From assembly GCA_015229005.1 (NCBI GenBank), contig JADGCL010000004.1, positions 6,314 through 70,313 of the forward strand: a DNA stretch of 64,000 nucleotides, in the 5' to 3' direction. This document shows positions 30,695 to 40,752 of this stretch, one piece after another (positions within the stretch are counted from its first letter, which is position 1; the number at the start of each line of letters is the position of its first letter). The position numbers and the translations under genes were made by a program. Origin of the DNA: Magnetococcales bacterium (GTDB lineage: Bacteria > Pseudomonadota > Magnetococcia > Magnetococcales > JADGCL01). The notes beneath the pieces were generated by a model that made no database searches, was not told the origin of the DNA, and worked only from the letters and a program-made list of their open reading frames with translations.

Positions 30695-32629
30695 ATGGAA
30701 GAGGGGGTTGGTCGTCTGTGGCACCACCTGGTTTCGCGTCTGGCGGCGAACGACCACCCGGAGGCGGCGGTTACTCTGGAGGAGATGCGGAAGATCCTGG
30801 GGATGCTCTTCCGCACCCTGGGTGGGGAGCGGCACCTGGAACTGGCGGCGGCGGTTCCGGAGAGGCATGGGGCGAGGCGTCGCTGGCTTCCGCGCCTGGC
30901 GGGGAGCGATCGGCGGATCGCCCTCTCCTCCCTGGAGGCGGGGGGACTTTTTCTGCCGGAGCGGCTTTCGCTCTTTCCCGAACGCGAACTCAACCGGGGT
31001 CTCTACCTCTGGTTGGCGGCCTTTCATGCCTGCGAAGGGGGCTCGGGAGTGCCCCTGGCCTGGTTGCCCCGTTGTCGGGAGGTGACTCGCCGGGCGGTGA
31101 TGGAGTTTCCCGGCATGGCCTCCCTGTTTGCGACCCTGGTCGCGGCGCATTTGCGGCAACGTCCGCTCCCGGAGGCGCTTCCCCGGGATGAGGCCCGGCG
31201 GGAGGAGCTCCTTCGCCGGGTCTTGCGGGAGCTGGGGCAGTTGGCGACCGACAGCTCTGGGGCTTGTGGCGATTCCGGCTTGGCGGTGAATTCCCGGGAA
31301 GCTGGTGATGATCCCGATGCTGTCACGAGCCTGCCGAAGGCCCGGGGCAATCCCTTTCCTGTTCCGCTCTGGCCGGCCCCCTGGGCGGGGGAGAGGGCGC
31401 TGGAGCTGGCGTCGCGGATTGCTGCCTCGGATGATCCGGGGGAGCAGACCCGGTCGACCCGGGGGAAGCGGCAGTTGCCGATGCGGCGGCAGGCGGAGCG
31501 GGTGGCGATGCCGCGAGAGGATGGGGCGGTGTTGCCGGGACGCTTCGAGTCGATCCTGAGCTGGGCCGATTTTGTCCCGGTGGATCGACCGCATGAGGAG
31601 GAGGACGAGGCAAAGGATGCGGCGGCGTTGGCGGCTGATCTTGACCGCCTGAGCGTTGCGCGTGACTCGAAACCGGTGGCGGCGCGTCTCCGTTTTGACC
31701 TCGATCTTCCGGGGGCGGCGGTGGACGATCTGCCGGTGGGCGATGGGATTCTTCTGCCGGAGTGGGATTGGAAGAGGGGGGTCTTGCGGGCCGATCGCTG
31801 TCGCCTGGTCTCCATGCTGCCGCGAGAGGCGCCGCCGCGGCCCCTGCCGCCTCACCTGGAGCGACCTGCCCGGCGTCTCCGGCATCAATTCGAAGGGTTT
31901 CGTCCGGAGAGGCACTGGTTGCGTCGCCGGACCGACGGCCCGGAGGTGGACCTGGATGCCTGGATCGCCTTCCAATCTCAACGGTTGCGGGGAGATTGGG
32001 AGAGTGATCCGCGGCTGTACCGGGGGCTGGTCCCGGGGTTGCGGGATCTCTCCTGTCTTCTTCTGGCCGATCTATCCCTCTCGACCTCCGCCTGGGTCGG
32101 GAATGAGCGTCAGGTGATCGAGGTGATCCGGGAGACGCTTCTCCTCTTCGCCGAGGCGCTTGCCGCAGTGGGGGATCGCCTGGCGCTCTACGGGTTTTCC
32201 TCGCGGCGCCGGGATCATGTGCGGTTTCATCTCCTGAAGGGGTTTGCCGAGAGGTATGATGACACCGTTCGTGGAAGGATTCTGGCGCTCAAGCCTGGGT
32301 ACTACACCCGCATGGGGGCCGGGGTGCGGCAAGCGACCCGTCTCCTGGCTGCGGAGAAGGCCTCGAGGCGTCTGCTGCTGCTTCTTACCGACGGCAAACC
32401 GCACGATCTCGACGGTTACGAGGGTCGTTTCGGCAACGAGGACACGCGCATGTCCTTGATCGAGGCACGCCGGGCGGGGATCATCCCCTTCGTGATCACC
32501 ATAGACGATGAGGCAACGGCCTATGCCGATCATCTCTTCGGTGCCGGCGCTCATGCCGTGATTCACCGACCGGAGGAACTCGCTGCCCGTCTGCCCCTTC
32601 TGTATGCGCGTCTGACCGAAGGCGGGTGA
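30695..32629 (+). CDS. norD: NorD (VWA-domain nitric oxide reductase activation protein)
   Basis: 644 aa. C-terminal von Willebrand A domain (LLLADLSLSTSAWV..LLLLLTDGKPHD), and the NorD position after norQ. Confidence 0.88.
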   Translation: MEEGVGRLWHHLVSRLAANDHPEAAVTLEEMRKILGMLFRTLGGERHLELAAAVPERHGARRRWLPRLAGSDRRIALSSLEAGGLFLPERLSLFPERELNRGLYLWLAAFHACEGGSGVPLAWLPRCREVTRRAVMEFPGMASLFATLVAAHLRQRPLPEALPRDEARREELLRRVLRELGQLATDSSGACGDSGLAVNSREAGDDPDAVTSLPKARGNPFPVPLWPAPWAGERALELASRIAASDDPGEQTRSTRGKRQLPMRRQAERVAMPREDGAVLPGRFESILSWADFVPVDRPHEEEDEAKDAAALAADLDRLSVARDSKPVAARLRFDLDLPGAAVDDLPVGDGILLPEWDWKRGVLRADRCRLVSMLPREAPPRPLPPHLERPARRLRHQFEGFRPERHWLRRRTDGPEVDLDAWIAFQSQRLRGDWESDPRLYRGLVPGLRDLSCLLLADLSLSTSAWVGNERQVIEVIRETLLLFAEALAAVGDRLALYGFSSRRRDHVRFHLLKGFAERYDDTVRGRILALKPGYYTRMGAGVRQATRLLAAEKASRRLLLLLTDGKPHDLDGYEGRFGNEDTRMSLIEARRAGIIPFVITIDDEATAYADHLFGAGAHAVIHRPEELAARLPLLYARLTEGG

Positions 32630-32683
32630 GTTTCCAGAAAACCGCTGGCAGGACATCCTGCTGGTTGGAAATGGGCTGAGGCC

Positions 32684-33037
32684 ATGATTGTGACCCGTTC
32701 TCCCCGTTTGGTAACCCGCTGCCTCAAGTTGGCCCGTCCTTCGGACCCCGGGTGCGAAACGCGTATCCGGGAGGTTCTGGAGGGCCGGGAGGGTATTTAC
32801 AGGGTTGATGTTCTCCCTTTGCGGCATCAGGTTGCTGTGACTTATGATCTTTGTCATCTTCGTTTGGCGACCATCGAGGGGTGGTTGGGTGATGCCGGTT
32901 TTTCCCTGGATGTTTCCATAATTCCGCGCCTCCATCGCCAATGGGTCCACTTTACCGAGGAGAACGAGGCCAACCACCAGGCCCATCTCCCCCATTGTTG
33001 CAACAAACCGCCGGTGAACCGCCGAACAGCCCGTTGA
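32684..33037 (+). CDS. small HMA-like (ferredoxin-fold) protein with C-terminal H-x-PHCCNKPP tail
   Basis: The central segment (IREVLEGREGIYRVDVLPLRHQVAVTYDLCHLRLATIEGWLGDAGF) resembles a heavy-metal-associated fold but lacks the CxxC loop. Ends ..NHQAHLPHCCNKPPVNRRTAR. The assignment is tentative. Confidence 0.45.
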   Translation: MIVTRSPRLVTRCLKLARPSDPGCETRIREVLEGREGIYRVDVLPLRHQVAVTYDLCHLRLATIEGWLGDAGFSLDVSIIPRLHRQWVHFTEENEANHQAHLPHCCNKPPVNRRTAR

Positions 33038-33047
33038 TAAACTGGGG

Positions 33048-35018
33048 TTACCGGTTCGTCAACAAGCGGTCGATTTCAGACCCTAACTGTTGTCGGATCG
33101 CGGTCTCCTGATCCCCAGGATTGAAGCGCAGGCGGTAGTGAAGCCGGACGAGGGGAAGCAGTGAATGGTGACCGCCGCGTTGCAACCACGGAAGCAGCGG
33201 CTCGCCTGGGGGACGGGTTTCCCCGTTGCGAGCCAGTTCGGCGATGACCCGTGCAAAGGGAGACGCCTCTGCGAGTGATGTGTCGTGTTCGCTGGCGGTT
33301 GTTCGTGTTTCTCCCGATTCCCGCCGTATTCTGAATTTCCCTCGGGAACGCCACAGGAACCAGCCCAAGAGGCCTGCTGCCGCCGCTGTCCCGAGGCCTG
33401 CCCACTGCCCATGCTCACGCCCTTCCTGTGGCATTCTCCACACTTCGAATTGTGTCAGGAGGCGCGCCAGGGAGTCGCCAAGCGGTTGCCACCAGGGGGC
33501 GGTGTTCGCCTCCTTCGCGGCCCAGTCCGGAGGGGTGGTGTCGACCTCCTGCCAATGTCCGTCGAGATGGGCGGAGACCCAGGCGTGCATGTGGTTCTGG
33601 CGGACCAGATAGAGATTCTCCCCCGGACTGAATTCCTGTACCGAATAGCCGATGACATACCGCGCCGCGATCCCGGCCTGGCGCAGGAGGAGGACCGTGG
33701 AGGTGGCGAAGAGTTCACAGTGGCCGGCTCGGGTCGTCAGGAGGAAATCGGCCGTCGGGGTCACTCCGGGAGGCGGCTCGGTCAACTCCAGGGAGTAGCG
33801 AAAACGGTGGCGGAAATAATTTTCCAGCCGCCGAAGTTTCTCCATCGGCGGCTGGGTTTCTTCGATTTTGGCGTCCCGCAGTACACGTTCCAGGGCTGGT
33901 GCTTCTCTGGGGGGAACGTTGAAATCGCCGATGTTGGGTTCGGCATCCGTTATTGCCCCGGGATCGAACTCAACCCGATAGCTCAGGTAACCCTCCGCTC
34001 CTCTCCCCTTGGCCACGCCATACTGGCTGAGTTCCAATTGTTCGACCGGCAAATCGATGATCTCCAATGCTCCGGTCGGCAGGGGAATCAGGTTGGATTC
34101 CCGGGAGAGGGATCGGTGGATCGTTACCTGCTCGTGGGCATGGCTGCGACCTGGCAAGGTCCAGTGTCCGGGACGGATCCCCGGGGAGATGGTGCGAAAG
34201 CGGGTCCCTGCTGCCGTCCAGGTGCTGCCATCGAAGTACTGGTAGACTCCTTCGCGCAATAAAAGTGGTTGCAACGCCACCCCGGGTCGCTCCACCCGAA
34301 AGAGGATCCAGGGTGTATCCTTGAGGCTTCCTATCCTTCCCAGGGCGGTCGATACCCGGAAGGGGTCGCGATCGCCGGAAAAAAATTGAACGAACCATTC
34401 CGCGTAGTTTTCGAGAAGATTCCGTTGCAGGGTCGAAAGCCCCCATTGGACCCCATAGCCGCCTCCGGCCAGCAGGAGGGCGAGGAAGAGCCAGATACCC
34501 AGTTGGTAGCGCCGGCTGCGAATCCCCCAGAGGAGACCGAGGAGGAGCAAAGTCCCTGCCGGGAAATAGACGGGGGCAGGATCAACCCCGGCCCCGGCAG
34601 AGATCAGACAGAGCCCTGCATAGGCGATCAGAAGGGTTTCCTGGGGGCAGGCAAGCGATCTGCTTCGATCCCCTCGTTTGCCGGCTGTCCGAAAGAGGAG
34701 GTCGAGAGGTATCGGCCCATCCGGGGCAAAGCTCAGGAAAGCGATCAGGGGAAAGCTGGCAAGTGGCAGAAGGCGCAACAGAAGGATCAGTGGGTGGGTC
34801 CCCCGTTGCAGGAAAAAGGCGAATCCCGCTGTTGCGATGAGAACCAGAACGGTCAGGTTGGCCAGTCGCTGATAGGCCGTCATGTCCCATTCCCAGCGGC
34901 TCCCGACCCAGGGGCGGGAGCCCAGGAGGAGGGCCATCGGCACTGCCAATGGGAGCCAGTCTGTCTGCCACCCCCAAAGGAGAATGTTCATGCCGACGAG
35001 AAAAGTGGGAAGGTTCAC
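33048..35018 (-). CDS. transglutaminase-like membrane protein (TgpA-type: DUF3488 + transglutaminase core)
   Basis: N-terminal polytopic region, then the transglutaminase Cys motif TTRAGHCELFATSTVLLLRQAGIAARYVIGY with downstream His/Asp. Last gene of the moxR-DUF58 trio. Confidence 0.85.
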   Translation of the reverse strand: MNLPTFLVGMNILLWGWQTDWLPLAVPMALLLGSRPWVGSRWEWDMTAYQRLANLTVLVLIATAGFAFFLQRGTHPLILLLRLLPLASFPLIAFLSFAPDGPIPLDLLFRTAGKRGDRSRSLACPQETLLIAYAGLCLISAGAGVDPAPVYFPAGTLLLLGLLWGIRSRRYQLGIWLFLALLLAGGGYGVQWGLSTLQRNLLENYAEWFVQFFSGDRDPFRVSTALGRIGSLKDTPWILFRVERPGVALQPLLLREGVYQYFDGSTWTAAGTRFRTISPGIRPGHWTLPGRSHAHEQVTIHRSLSRESNLIPLPTGALEIIDLPVEQLELSQYGVAKGRGAEGYLSYRVEFDPGAITDAEPNIGDFNVPPREAPALERVLRDAKIEETQPPMEKLRRLENYFRHRFRYSLELTEPPPGVTPTADFLLTTRAGHCELFATSTVLLLRQAGIAARYVIGYSVQEFSPGENLYLVRQNHMHAWVSAHLDGHWQEVDTTPPDWAAKEANTAPWWQPLGDSLARLLTQFEVWRMPQEGREHGQWAGLGTAAAAGLLGWFLWRSRGKFRIRRESGETRTTASEHDTSLAEASPFARVIAELARNGETRPPGEPLLPWLQRGGHHSLLPLVRLHYRLRFNPGDQETAIRQQLGSEIDRLLTNR

Positions 35019-36364
35019 AGTCGCGCCAGCTCCTGGGCGATCCTGCCCACGGGCAAGATTCGCAATCGATCCGGCGTCGCGGCCAGGGGGCCGGGGTCGA
35101 CGGGGCCGGGGTCGTCTTCGGCGACCACCAGGAGTACCAGGATCGGAATCCCCAGGTTGATCAGTCGGCCCACCAGGGTGCGTCTCGCGTCATCCCAGGC
35201 CAGAAGGACCAGAATCGTCCCGCTCAGATAGGGAACACTCTCCAGAACCAATTTCGCGAGCCGCGAGAAAGGCTGGTCGTGGTTGGGGGAGACCGCTGCC
35301 AGGATCTCCAGAAACTGTTCCGCTTGCCCCAGGCCCCGTCCCGAGGTGAACCGATGCGCTGTTTCGCCGACGAAGAGGAGATCCAGGAGGGTCTCGGAAT
35401 TCTCTACAGTCATGGCGAAACTGGCCGCCACCGAGACCGCCTCCTCGAAGAGGGCGTTGGCCTTGGTGGTAATGGTATCCAGGACCAGGGCATGGCGGAC
35501 AAAGTATTCTTCCTGATACTCGCGGACCACGGGTTTGCCACTCTTGGCCAGACTTGGCCAGTGGATGTGACGTGGGGAGTCCCCCTCGCGATAATCTCGC
35601 AGGGAGACGAACTCCTCGGCATCGCCCACAGACGAGGCCAGGGAGACGCCGCCGCGTTGATGGCAACGTCCTCCGGGCATGGCGAAGCCTGGGGGGAGGG
35701 GATAGAGGCGCGGCAGGACCAGGAGGGAGTCGGATATCTGCACCCGGTGAAAGGCGCGGCAGAGCCCGAGGGGATCCTGGCGGGCGACGATCAGTTCCTG
35801 CCACTGGACATACCCGCGCCTTTCCGGGGTCAGGGTCAGACTGAGGGATCGGCCCTGGTGGGGGGGGAGCTGGTCGATGTGACCCGGGGCGATTGAGCCG
35901 CCTCGCTTGTATTGGTGCAGCCAGAGGTAACGGCGAAAGCCGACCATCCGGTCAAAGGCGTTGATCCGGCGTTCTCCAGGGGCCTCGAATCGGGCCATTT
36001 CCAGCCCGTTGATCGGGGGGGCCGTGAGTTGGTCGATAACCTCAAGGGCCAATTGGGGGGGCTTGCCGAGTGAACGGATCTCCAGTTCATAGGTCAGGGG
36101 TTTCCCCACCATGGCAAGCCTGGGCAGGAGGCGGCGAACTTCCACATGTGGCGAGAAGCGCCACGAGGCCGCCATGGCGAGAAACATGGTGACGAGCAGG
36201 AGGGAAAAAAGCTGATAAACCTGGCTCAGTTGGGTGTCCACGCCAATGGCGGCGGTGGCGATGATTCCTCCCCAGACGACTTGCCCGGCAGTGGTGAAGC
36301 GGCGGTGGAAGCGGTTGCTTTGCGACAGCAGCCGACGGTGGAAGGAGAGCAGGGGGCGGAACAT
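35015..36364 (-). CDS. DUF58 protein
   Basis: Hallmark VSLRDYREGDSPRHIHWPSLAKSGKPVVREYQEE. 4-nt overlap with the transglutaminase gene. Confidence 0.85.
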   Translation of the reverse strand: MFRPLLSFHRRLLSQSNRFHRRFTTAGQVVWGGIIATAAIGVDTQLSQVYQLFSLLLVTMFLAMAASWRFSPHVEVRRLLPRLAMVGKPLTYELEIRSLGKPPQLALEVIDQLTAPPINGLEMARFEAPGERRINAFDRMVGFRRYLWLHQYKRGGSIAPGHIDQLPPHQGRSLSLTLTPERRGYVQWQELIVARQDPLGLCRAFHRVQISDSLLVLPRLYPLPPGFAMPGGRCHQRGGVSLASSVGDAEEFVSLRDYREGDSPRHIHWPSLAKSGKPVVREYQEEYFVRHALVLDTITTKANALFEEAVSVAASFAMTVENSETLLDLLFVGETAHRFTSGRGLGQAEQFLEILAAVSPNHDQPFSRLAKLVLESVPYLSGTILVLLAWDDARRTLVGRLINLGIPILVLLVVAEDDPGPVDPGPLAATPDRLRILPVGRIAQELARL

Positions 36365-36369
36365 GGTGG

Positions 36370-37311
36370 TCAGGCCGGGACCGGGACCGTCTTGAGGAGT
36401 TGGCGCACGACACTCTCGGCGGTTTGTCCGCCGAAGCGGGTTTCGCGATTGAGGACCAGGCGGTGTGCCAGGACCGGTACCGCGATCTCCTGGACAAGCT
36501 CCGGGGTGACGAAGGACTCTCCATCCAGGAGAGCCAATGCCTGGGCGATTCGCATCAGGGCCAGGGAGGCACGGATACTGGCGCCCATGCTGACCCCTGG
36601 GGCGCTCCGACTTGCCCGGGTGAGGTCGATGATATAACGGCGGATCTCCTCGGCGACCGGGATAGAGGCCGCCGACTGGCGCAAGGTTTTGGCTTCTTCG
36701 ATAGTCGCGCAGGCGGTGAGGCGGTCGAGCGGGTGTTCCTTTTGTTGGCCGGCGAGGATGGCCATTTCCGTTTCAGCCGAGACATAGCCCAGGGAAAAGC
36801 GCATGGCGAAACGATCCAACTGGGCCTCGGGCAGAGGGTAGGTTCCGTGAAATTCCACTGGATTCTGGGTGGCGACGACGAAAAAGGCATCCGGCAGGGG
36901 GCGCCTTTCGCCTTCGACCGTAACCTGGCCCTCGGCCATGGCTTCCAGGAGGGCCGATTGGGTGCGGGGAGAGGCGCGGTTGATCTCATCGGCGAGGAGA
37001 ATGTGACAGAATATCGGTCCTTCCCGAAACTGGAAGGTGTGTTCCCGCTGGTTGAAAATCGAGACCCCGAGGATGTCGGTGGGGAGTAGATCCGGGGTGA
37101 ACTGGATCCGCTTGAAGCCGGCGCCGAAGGAGAGTGCCAGGGCCTTGGCCAGGGTGGTCTTTCCGGTGCCAGGGTAATCTTCCAGGAGGACGTGGCCGCC
37201 TGCCATGAAGGCAGCGGCGAGCCAGCGCACGGTCGGTCGATCCGTGCTGTAGACCCGGGAGATGTTTTCGACGATGTTCCGGACGCATTCCCGCTCCATG
37301 ATTCGGTCCAT
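36370..37311 (-). CDS. MoxR-family AAA+ ATPase
   Basis: Walker A GTGKTTLAKALA, Walker B ILLADEINRASP, AAA_3/MoxR lid region. Confidence 0.92.
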   Translation of the reverse strand: MDRIMERECVRNIVENISRVYSTDRPTVRWLAAAFMAGGHVLLEDYPGTGKTTLAKALALSFGAGFKRIQFTPDLLPTDILGVSIFNQREHTFQFREGPIFCHILLADEINRASPRTQSALLEAMAEGQVTVEGERRPLPDAFFVVATQNPVEFHGTYPLPEAQLDRFAMRFSLGYVSAETEMAILAGQQKEHPLDRLTACATIEEAKTLRQSAASIPVAEEIRRYIIDLTRASRSAPGVSMGASIRASLALMRIAQALALLDGESFVTPELVQEIAVPVLAHRLVLNRETRFGGQTAESVVRQLLKTVPVPA

Positions 37312-37407
37312 TCAAGATACCTTCCAGGTATTGGGGCTTTCTTGCGGTTTGTCAGGATGGATCGAGGGGATGTGGCAGACACCCGTTCCCAACAGCCGGA
37401 TCCGGGT

Positions 37408-38283
37408 TCATGCGACCCAGTTCTCCAGAAAATCGATCCACGCCTCCATGCCGAGACCACTTCGGGCGCTTACCTCCAGGAGCGTCACATTCGGTCGCAC
37501 CTGCCGGAGGTTTTGCCGACAGAGGGCCATATCCCAGTCGAGATGGGGAACGAGATCGATCTTGGTGATCACCACCACCGGCGTTTGATGGAACAGCGTT
37601 GGGTACTTGACCGGTTTGTCTTCGCCCTCGGTGACGGACAGGAGTGCGACCTTCATCGTCTCCCCCAGATCGAAGGCGGCGGGACAGACCAGGTTGCCGA
37701 CATTTTCGATGATCAGGAGCCGGGTTCCCACTGGAGCCGCATGTGCCAGCAACTCTCCCACCTGCCCCGCGGCCAGGTGACAGGAGTTCCTGGTCTCGAT
37801 CTGATGCACTGGGGCCCCCTTGCCCCGGAGCCGACGGGCGTCATTGTCGGTCGCCACATCACCGACGATGATCGCGCAATTCACCCGACCCTGCAAACGT
37901 TCCAGGGTTTGTTCCAGAAGCAGGGTCTTTCCCGCCCCGGGCGAGGAGATCAGGTTGATGGCCCGGATCTGCCGCTCCGCCAACCAGCGACGATTGGCCT
38001 CGGCAAGGGCATCGTTTTTGGCCAGAACCCGGCTCTCCAGGGAGAGATGCCGATGAGCCGGGCTTACAGCTCCGATCGATGAGGTCCGCAATGGCCCGCG
38101 GTCATGGCTGTGAACATGATCGTGCCCATGATCGTGCCCGTGATCGTGCCCGTGATCGTGCCCATGTTCATGATCGTGTTCGTGACCATGGCTGTGCCCG
38201 TGATCCCGGAGGTGATCAGGGTTCGTTGCGTGATCAGGGTCGAGACCCTGGACGTGAGTCAGACATCCGCACTCCCGGCACAT
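37408..38283 (-). CDS. hypB: hydrogenase nickel incorporation GTPase HypB with His-rich tract
   Basis: Start at MCRECGC (ATG 38283, TGATG overlap with the hypA stop, GGAGG RBS). His-rich tract HGHSHGHEHDHEHGHDHGHDHGHDHGHDHVHSHD. G-domain motifs SSPGAGKT and ENVGNLVCP. Confidence 0.92.
   Translation of the reverse strand: MCRECGCLTHVQGLDPDHATNPDHLRDHGHSHGHEHDHEHGHDHGHDHGHDHGHDHVHSHDRGPLRTSSIGAVSPAHRHLSLESRVLAKNDALAEANRRWLAERQIRAINLISSPGAGKTLLLEQTLERLQGRVNCAIIVGDVATDNDARRLRGKGAPVHQIETRNSCHLAAGQVGELLAHAAPVGTRLLIIENVGNLVCPAAFDLGETMKVALLSVTEGEDKPVKYPTLFHQTPVVVITKIDLVPHLDWDMALCRQNLRQVRPNVTLLEVSARSGLGMEAWIDFLENWVA
38101..38205 (-). repeat. His-Asp/His-Gly codon microsatellite encoding the HypB metal-binding tract
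   Basis: Repeated catgatcgtgccc/gtgatcgtgccc units on the plus strand. Confidence 0.8.
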
Positions 38284-38624
38284 CAAGTCACCTCCAGGGA
38301 TCGAATCACCAGGTCGCGCCCGTCGATGATCTCGGGGGCGGACCCGCAGCCGCCGCAGGGGGCAAAATCGACCTTCTCGGCTTGCCACTCCCGTTGACAC
38401 CTGGGACAACGAAAGCAGAGGGGGGTCTCCACGATCTTGAGGATGGCGCCCTTCAGGGGGGTTGCCTCCACCACCAGAGGGAAGCAGAATTCCAAGGCCT
38501 CGCGCTCAACCCCGCTCAACACGCCCATCGCCACGGTGACCGAGACCAGTTCCTGGACCCCCTCCCGGGCCATGATTTCCTGGAGCTGCTCCACCAGGGC
38601 CGTGGCCAGGCTCAGCTCGTGCAT
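38283..38624 (-). CDS. hypA: hydrogenase nickel insertion protein HypA
   Basis: MHELSLATALVEQLQEI N-terminus (MHE nickel site) and zinc motifs CFRCPRC ... CGGCGS. The start overlaps the hypE stop (TGATG). Confidence 0.9.
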   Translation of the reverse strand: MHELSLATALVEQLQEIMAREGVQELVSVTVAMGVLSGVEREALEFCFPLVVEATPLKGAILKIVETPLCFRCPRCQREWQAEKVDFAPCGGCGSAPEIIDGRDLVIRSLEVT

Positions 38625-39628
38625 CAGCAGATCCTTGGGAGGAGTTCGCCGCTGGGCAGATCCACAAGCCTCAGGCCGCCGATGGCGGTCTCCAGGACGA
38701 CCCTTCCGGCCTGATCGGTGACCTCGCCGATTACCTGGGCCTGCCGTCCTTCCGGGAAAGTGCGCCAGCGTTCGAGGATGGGGTCGGCCAATTCCCGGGC
38801 GCAGAGGAGGAGGAGACACCCCTCCGAGGCGACATGGAGGAGATCCAGCCCCAGCATTTCCGCGAGTGCCCTGGTGCCGGGGGAGTGGGGGAGGTCATTT
38901 TCCCTGATCCGCAGGCCGAAGTGGTGTCCCAAAGCCATCTCGTTCAGGACGGTCGCCACCCCGCCGCGGGTGGGGTCGCGCATGAACCGGACCCCCGCCG
39001 CAAGGGGGGCAATCGCCTCGACCAGACGATGCACCGGTCTGGAATCGCTCACCGGCCCCCGGTCGATGCGGAACCCTTCGCGGGCGGCAAGGATCGCCGC
39101 CCCATGGTCACCGATCGGGCCGCTGACGAGAATGGCATCTCCCGGGATGACCCCTGCGAACCCCAGGGAAAATTCCTCGATCACCTCGCCGATGCCGGCG
39201 GTATTGATGTACAGGCCATCGCATTGGCCGCGGCGGACCACTTTGGTGTCCCCGGTCGCGATGGTTACGCCGCAGGCATCGGCGCCACGTTTCACCGCAT
39301 CGAGAATGCGTCCGAGGGTTGCCAGGGGCAGACCCTCCTCCAGGATCAGGGCGAGAGAGAGGAAACGGGGACGTGAGCCCGCCACCGCGAGATCGTTGAC
39401 GGTCCCGTGGACGGCCAGGTCGCCGATATTGCCGCCGGGGAATTCCAGCGGCTGGACCACGAAGCTGTCGGTTGAAAAACAGAACCTCCGGCCCCCCAGG
39501 GTCAAGGTCGCCGCATCCGGCAATGACTGGAGCGGGCCGGCGCCGAAGCGGGGAAGGATCTCCGTTTCGACCAGTTCGTGTGAAAGCCGACCGCCGCCAC
39601 CGTGCCCCAATAGGATCCGTCCCTTCAT
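38624..39628 (-). CDS. hypE: hydrogenase maturation protein HypE
   Basis: Start at MKGRILLGHGGGG (ATGA overlap with the hypD stop). PurM-like fold. C-terminal ..LLPRIC with the terminal Cys typical of HypE. Confidence 0.93.
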   Translation of the reverse strand: MKGRILLGHGGGGRLSHELVETEILPRFGAGPLQSLPDAATLTLGGRRFCFSTDSFVVQPLEFPGGNIGDLAVHGTVNDLAVAGSRPRFLSLALILEEGLPLATLGRILDAVKRGADACGVTIATGDTKVVRRGQCDGLYINTAGIGEVIEEFSLGFAGVIPGDAILVSGPIGDHGAAILAAREGFRIDRGPVSDSRPVHRLVEAIAPLAAGVRFMRDPTRGGVATVLNEMALGHHFGLRIRENDLPHSPGTRALAEMLGLDLLHVASEGCLLLLCARELADPILERWRTFPEGRQAQVIGEVTDQAGRVVLETAIGGLRLVDLPSGELLPRIC

Positions 39629-40752
39629 GCGCAAACTCCCGAGGCCATGCCGACCTTCCCGCCGTAGCGAAACGCTGCTGCGCAGTTGCCCTCGGAGCTG
39701 ACCATGCAGGGGCCGAGGGGGCGATCCGGGTGACAGGCGCCTCCAAACAGGGGGCACTCCTCGGGGGCGAGTTTGCCCTTCAGAATCTCTCCACAGAGGC
39801 ACCCGGGGTTGAGCCGGCCCGGCTGGAGGATGAGGCCGTGGCGGTTCCCGGCGTCGAATCGGGAGAATTCCGGACGGAGGTTGAGAGCGCTGGCGGGGAT
39901 CGTCCCCAACCCCCGCCAGGAGGCGTCACCCGGGAGGAGATAACGATCCATGAGGGCGAGCGCCTGACGGTTGCCCCCGGGCTTGACCACCCGCGCATAC
40001 TGGTTGTCCACCCGTGCTTTTCCGGAGAGATATTGCTGCAACAGACCATCCAGGCCGAGAAGGATGTCGAGGGGCTCGAACCCGGCCACCACGCAGGCCA
40101 CTCCGTGGGTTTCGGCAAAAGGCAGGTAGGCATCGGCGCCGATGATGGCGCTGACGTGGGCGGGACAGAGGAGACCGTCGATGCGTATCCCGGGATCGGA
40201 GATCAGGGCCGCAAGGGCCGGGGGGATCCGCTTGAAGGCAGTGAGGAGGGAGAGATTGCCGATCCCCTGGGAGACTGCTGCGTCCAGCATGGCAATGACC
40301 GGGGCGACGGTGGTTTCAAAGCCCACGGCGAGAAAAACCACCTCGCTTGCCGGGTGGTTGCGGGCGAGTTCGAGGGCCGACATCGGCGAATAACAGACCT
40401 CGACTCGTCCCCCCTCGGCGCGTGCCTGAGCCAGAGTGGAGCGTGACCCCGGGACGCGGACCATGTCGCCGAAGGTGGACACGATCACCCCGCGATCGGC
40501 GAGTTCGATGGCGGCGTCCAGATAGCCCGGATCGGTCACGCAGACCGGGCAGCCCGGACCGCTGACCAGGCGGATACCCGCCGGCAGGAAATCCCGGATG
40601 GCGTAGCGGGCAATGGCCATGGTATGGCTGCCGCAGACCTCCATCAGGCGAACGACGCGCCCCTCTCGGGCGAGTTGCCGTCCGTGGTCGGCCAATCTCC
40701 GACGAAAATGGCCTGCGGCCTCCATCCTTCGAAATCCGTCCCGATAATTCAT
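39625..40752 (-). CDS. hypD: hydrogenase maturation protein HypD
   Basis: Start at MNYRDGF (ATGA overlap with the hypC stop). Motifs MEVCGSHT, GPGCPVCV and GFETT, plus the C-terminal Cys cluster. Confidence 0.93.
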   Translation of the reverse strand: MNYRDGFRRMEAAGHFRRRLADHGRQLAREGRVVRLMEVCGSHTMAIARYAIRDFLPAGIRLVSGPGCPVCVTDPGYLDAAIELADRGVIVSTFGDMVRVPGSRSTLAQARAEGGRVEVCYSPMSALELARNHPASEVVFLAVGFETTVAPVIAMLDAAVSQGIGNLSLLTAFKRIPPALAALISDPGIRIDGLLCPAHVSAIIGADAYLPFAETHGVACVVAGFEPLDILLGLDGLLQQYLSGKARVDNQYARVVKPGGNRQALALMDRYLLPGDASWRGLGTIPASALNLRPEFSRFDAGNRHGLILQPGRLNPGCLCGEILKGKLAPEECPLFGGACHPDRPLGPCMVSSEGNCAAAFRYGGKVGMASGVCA

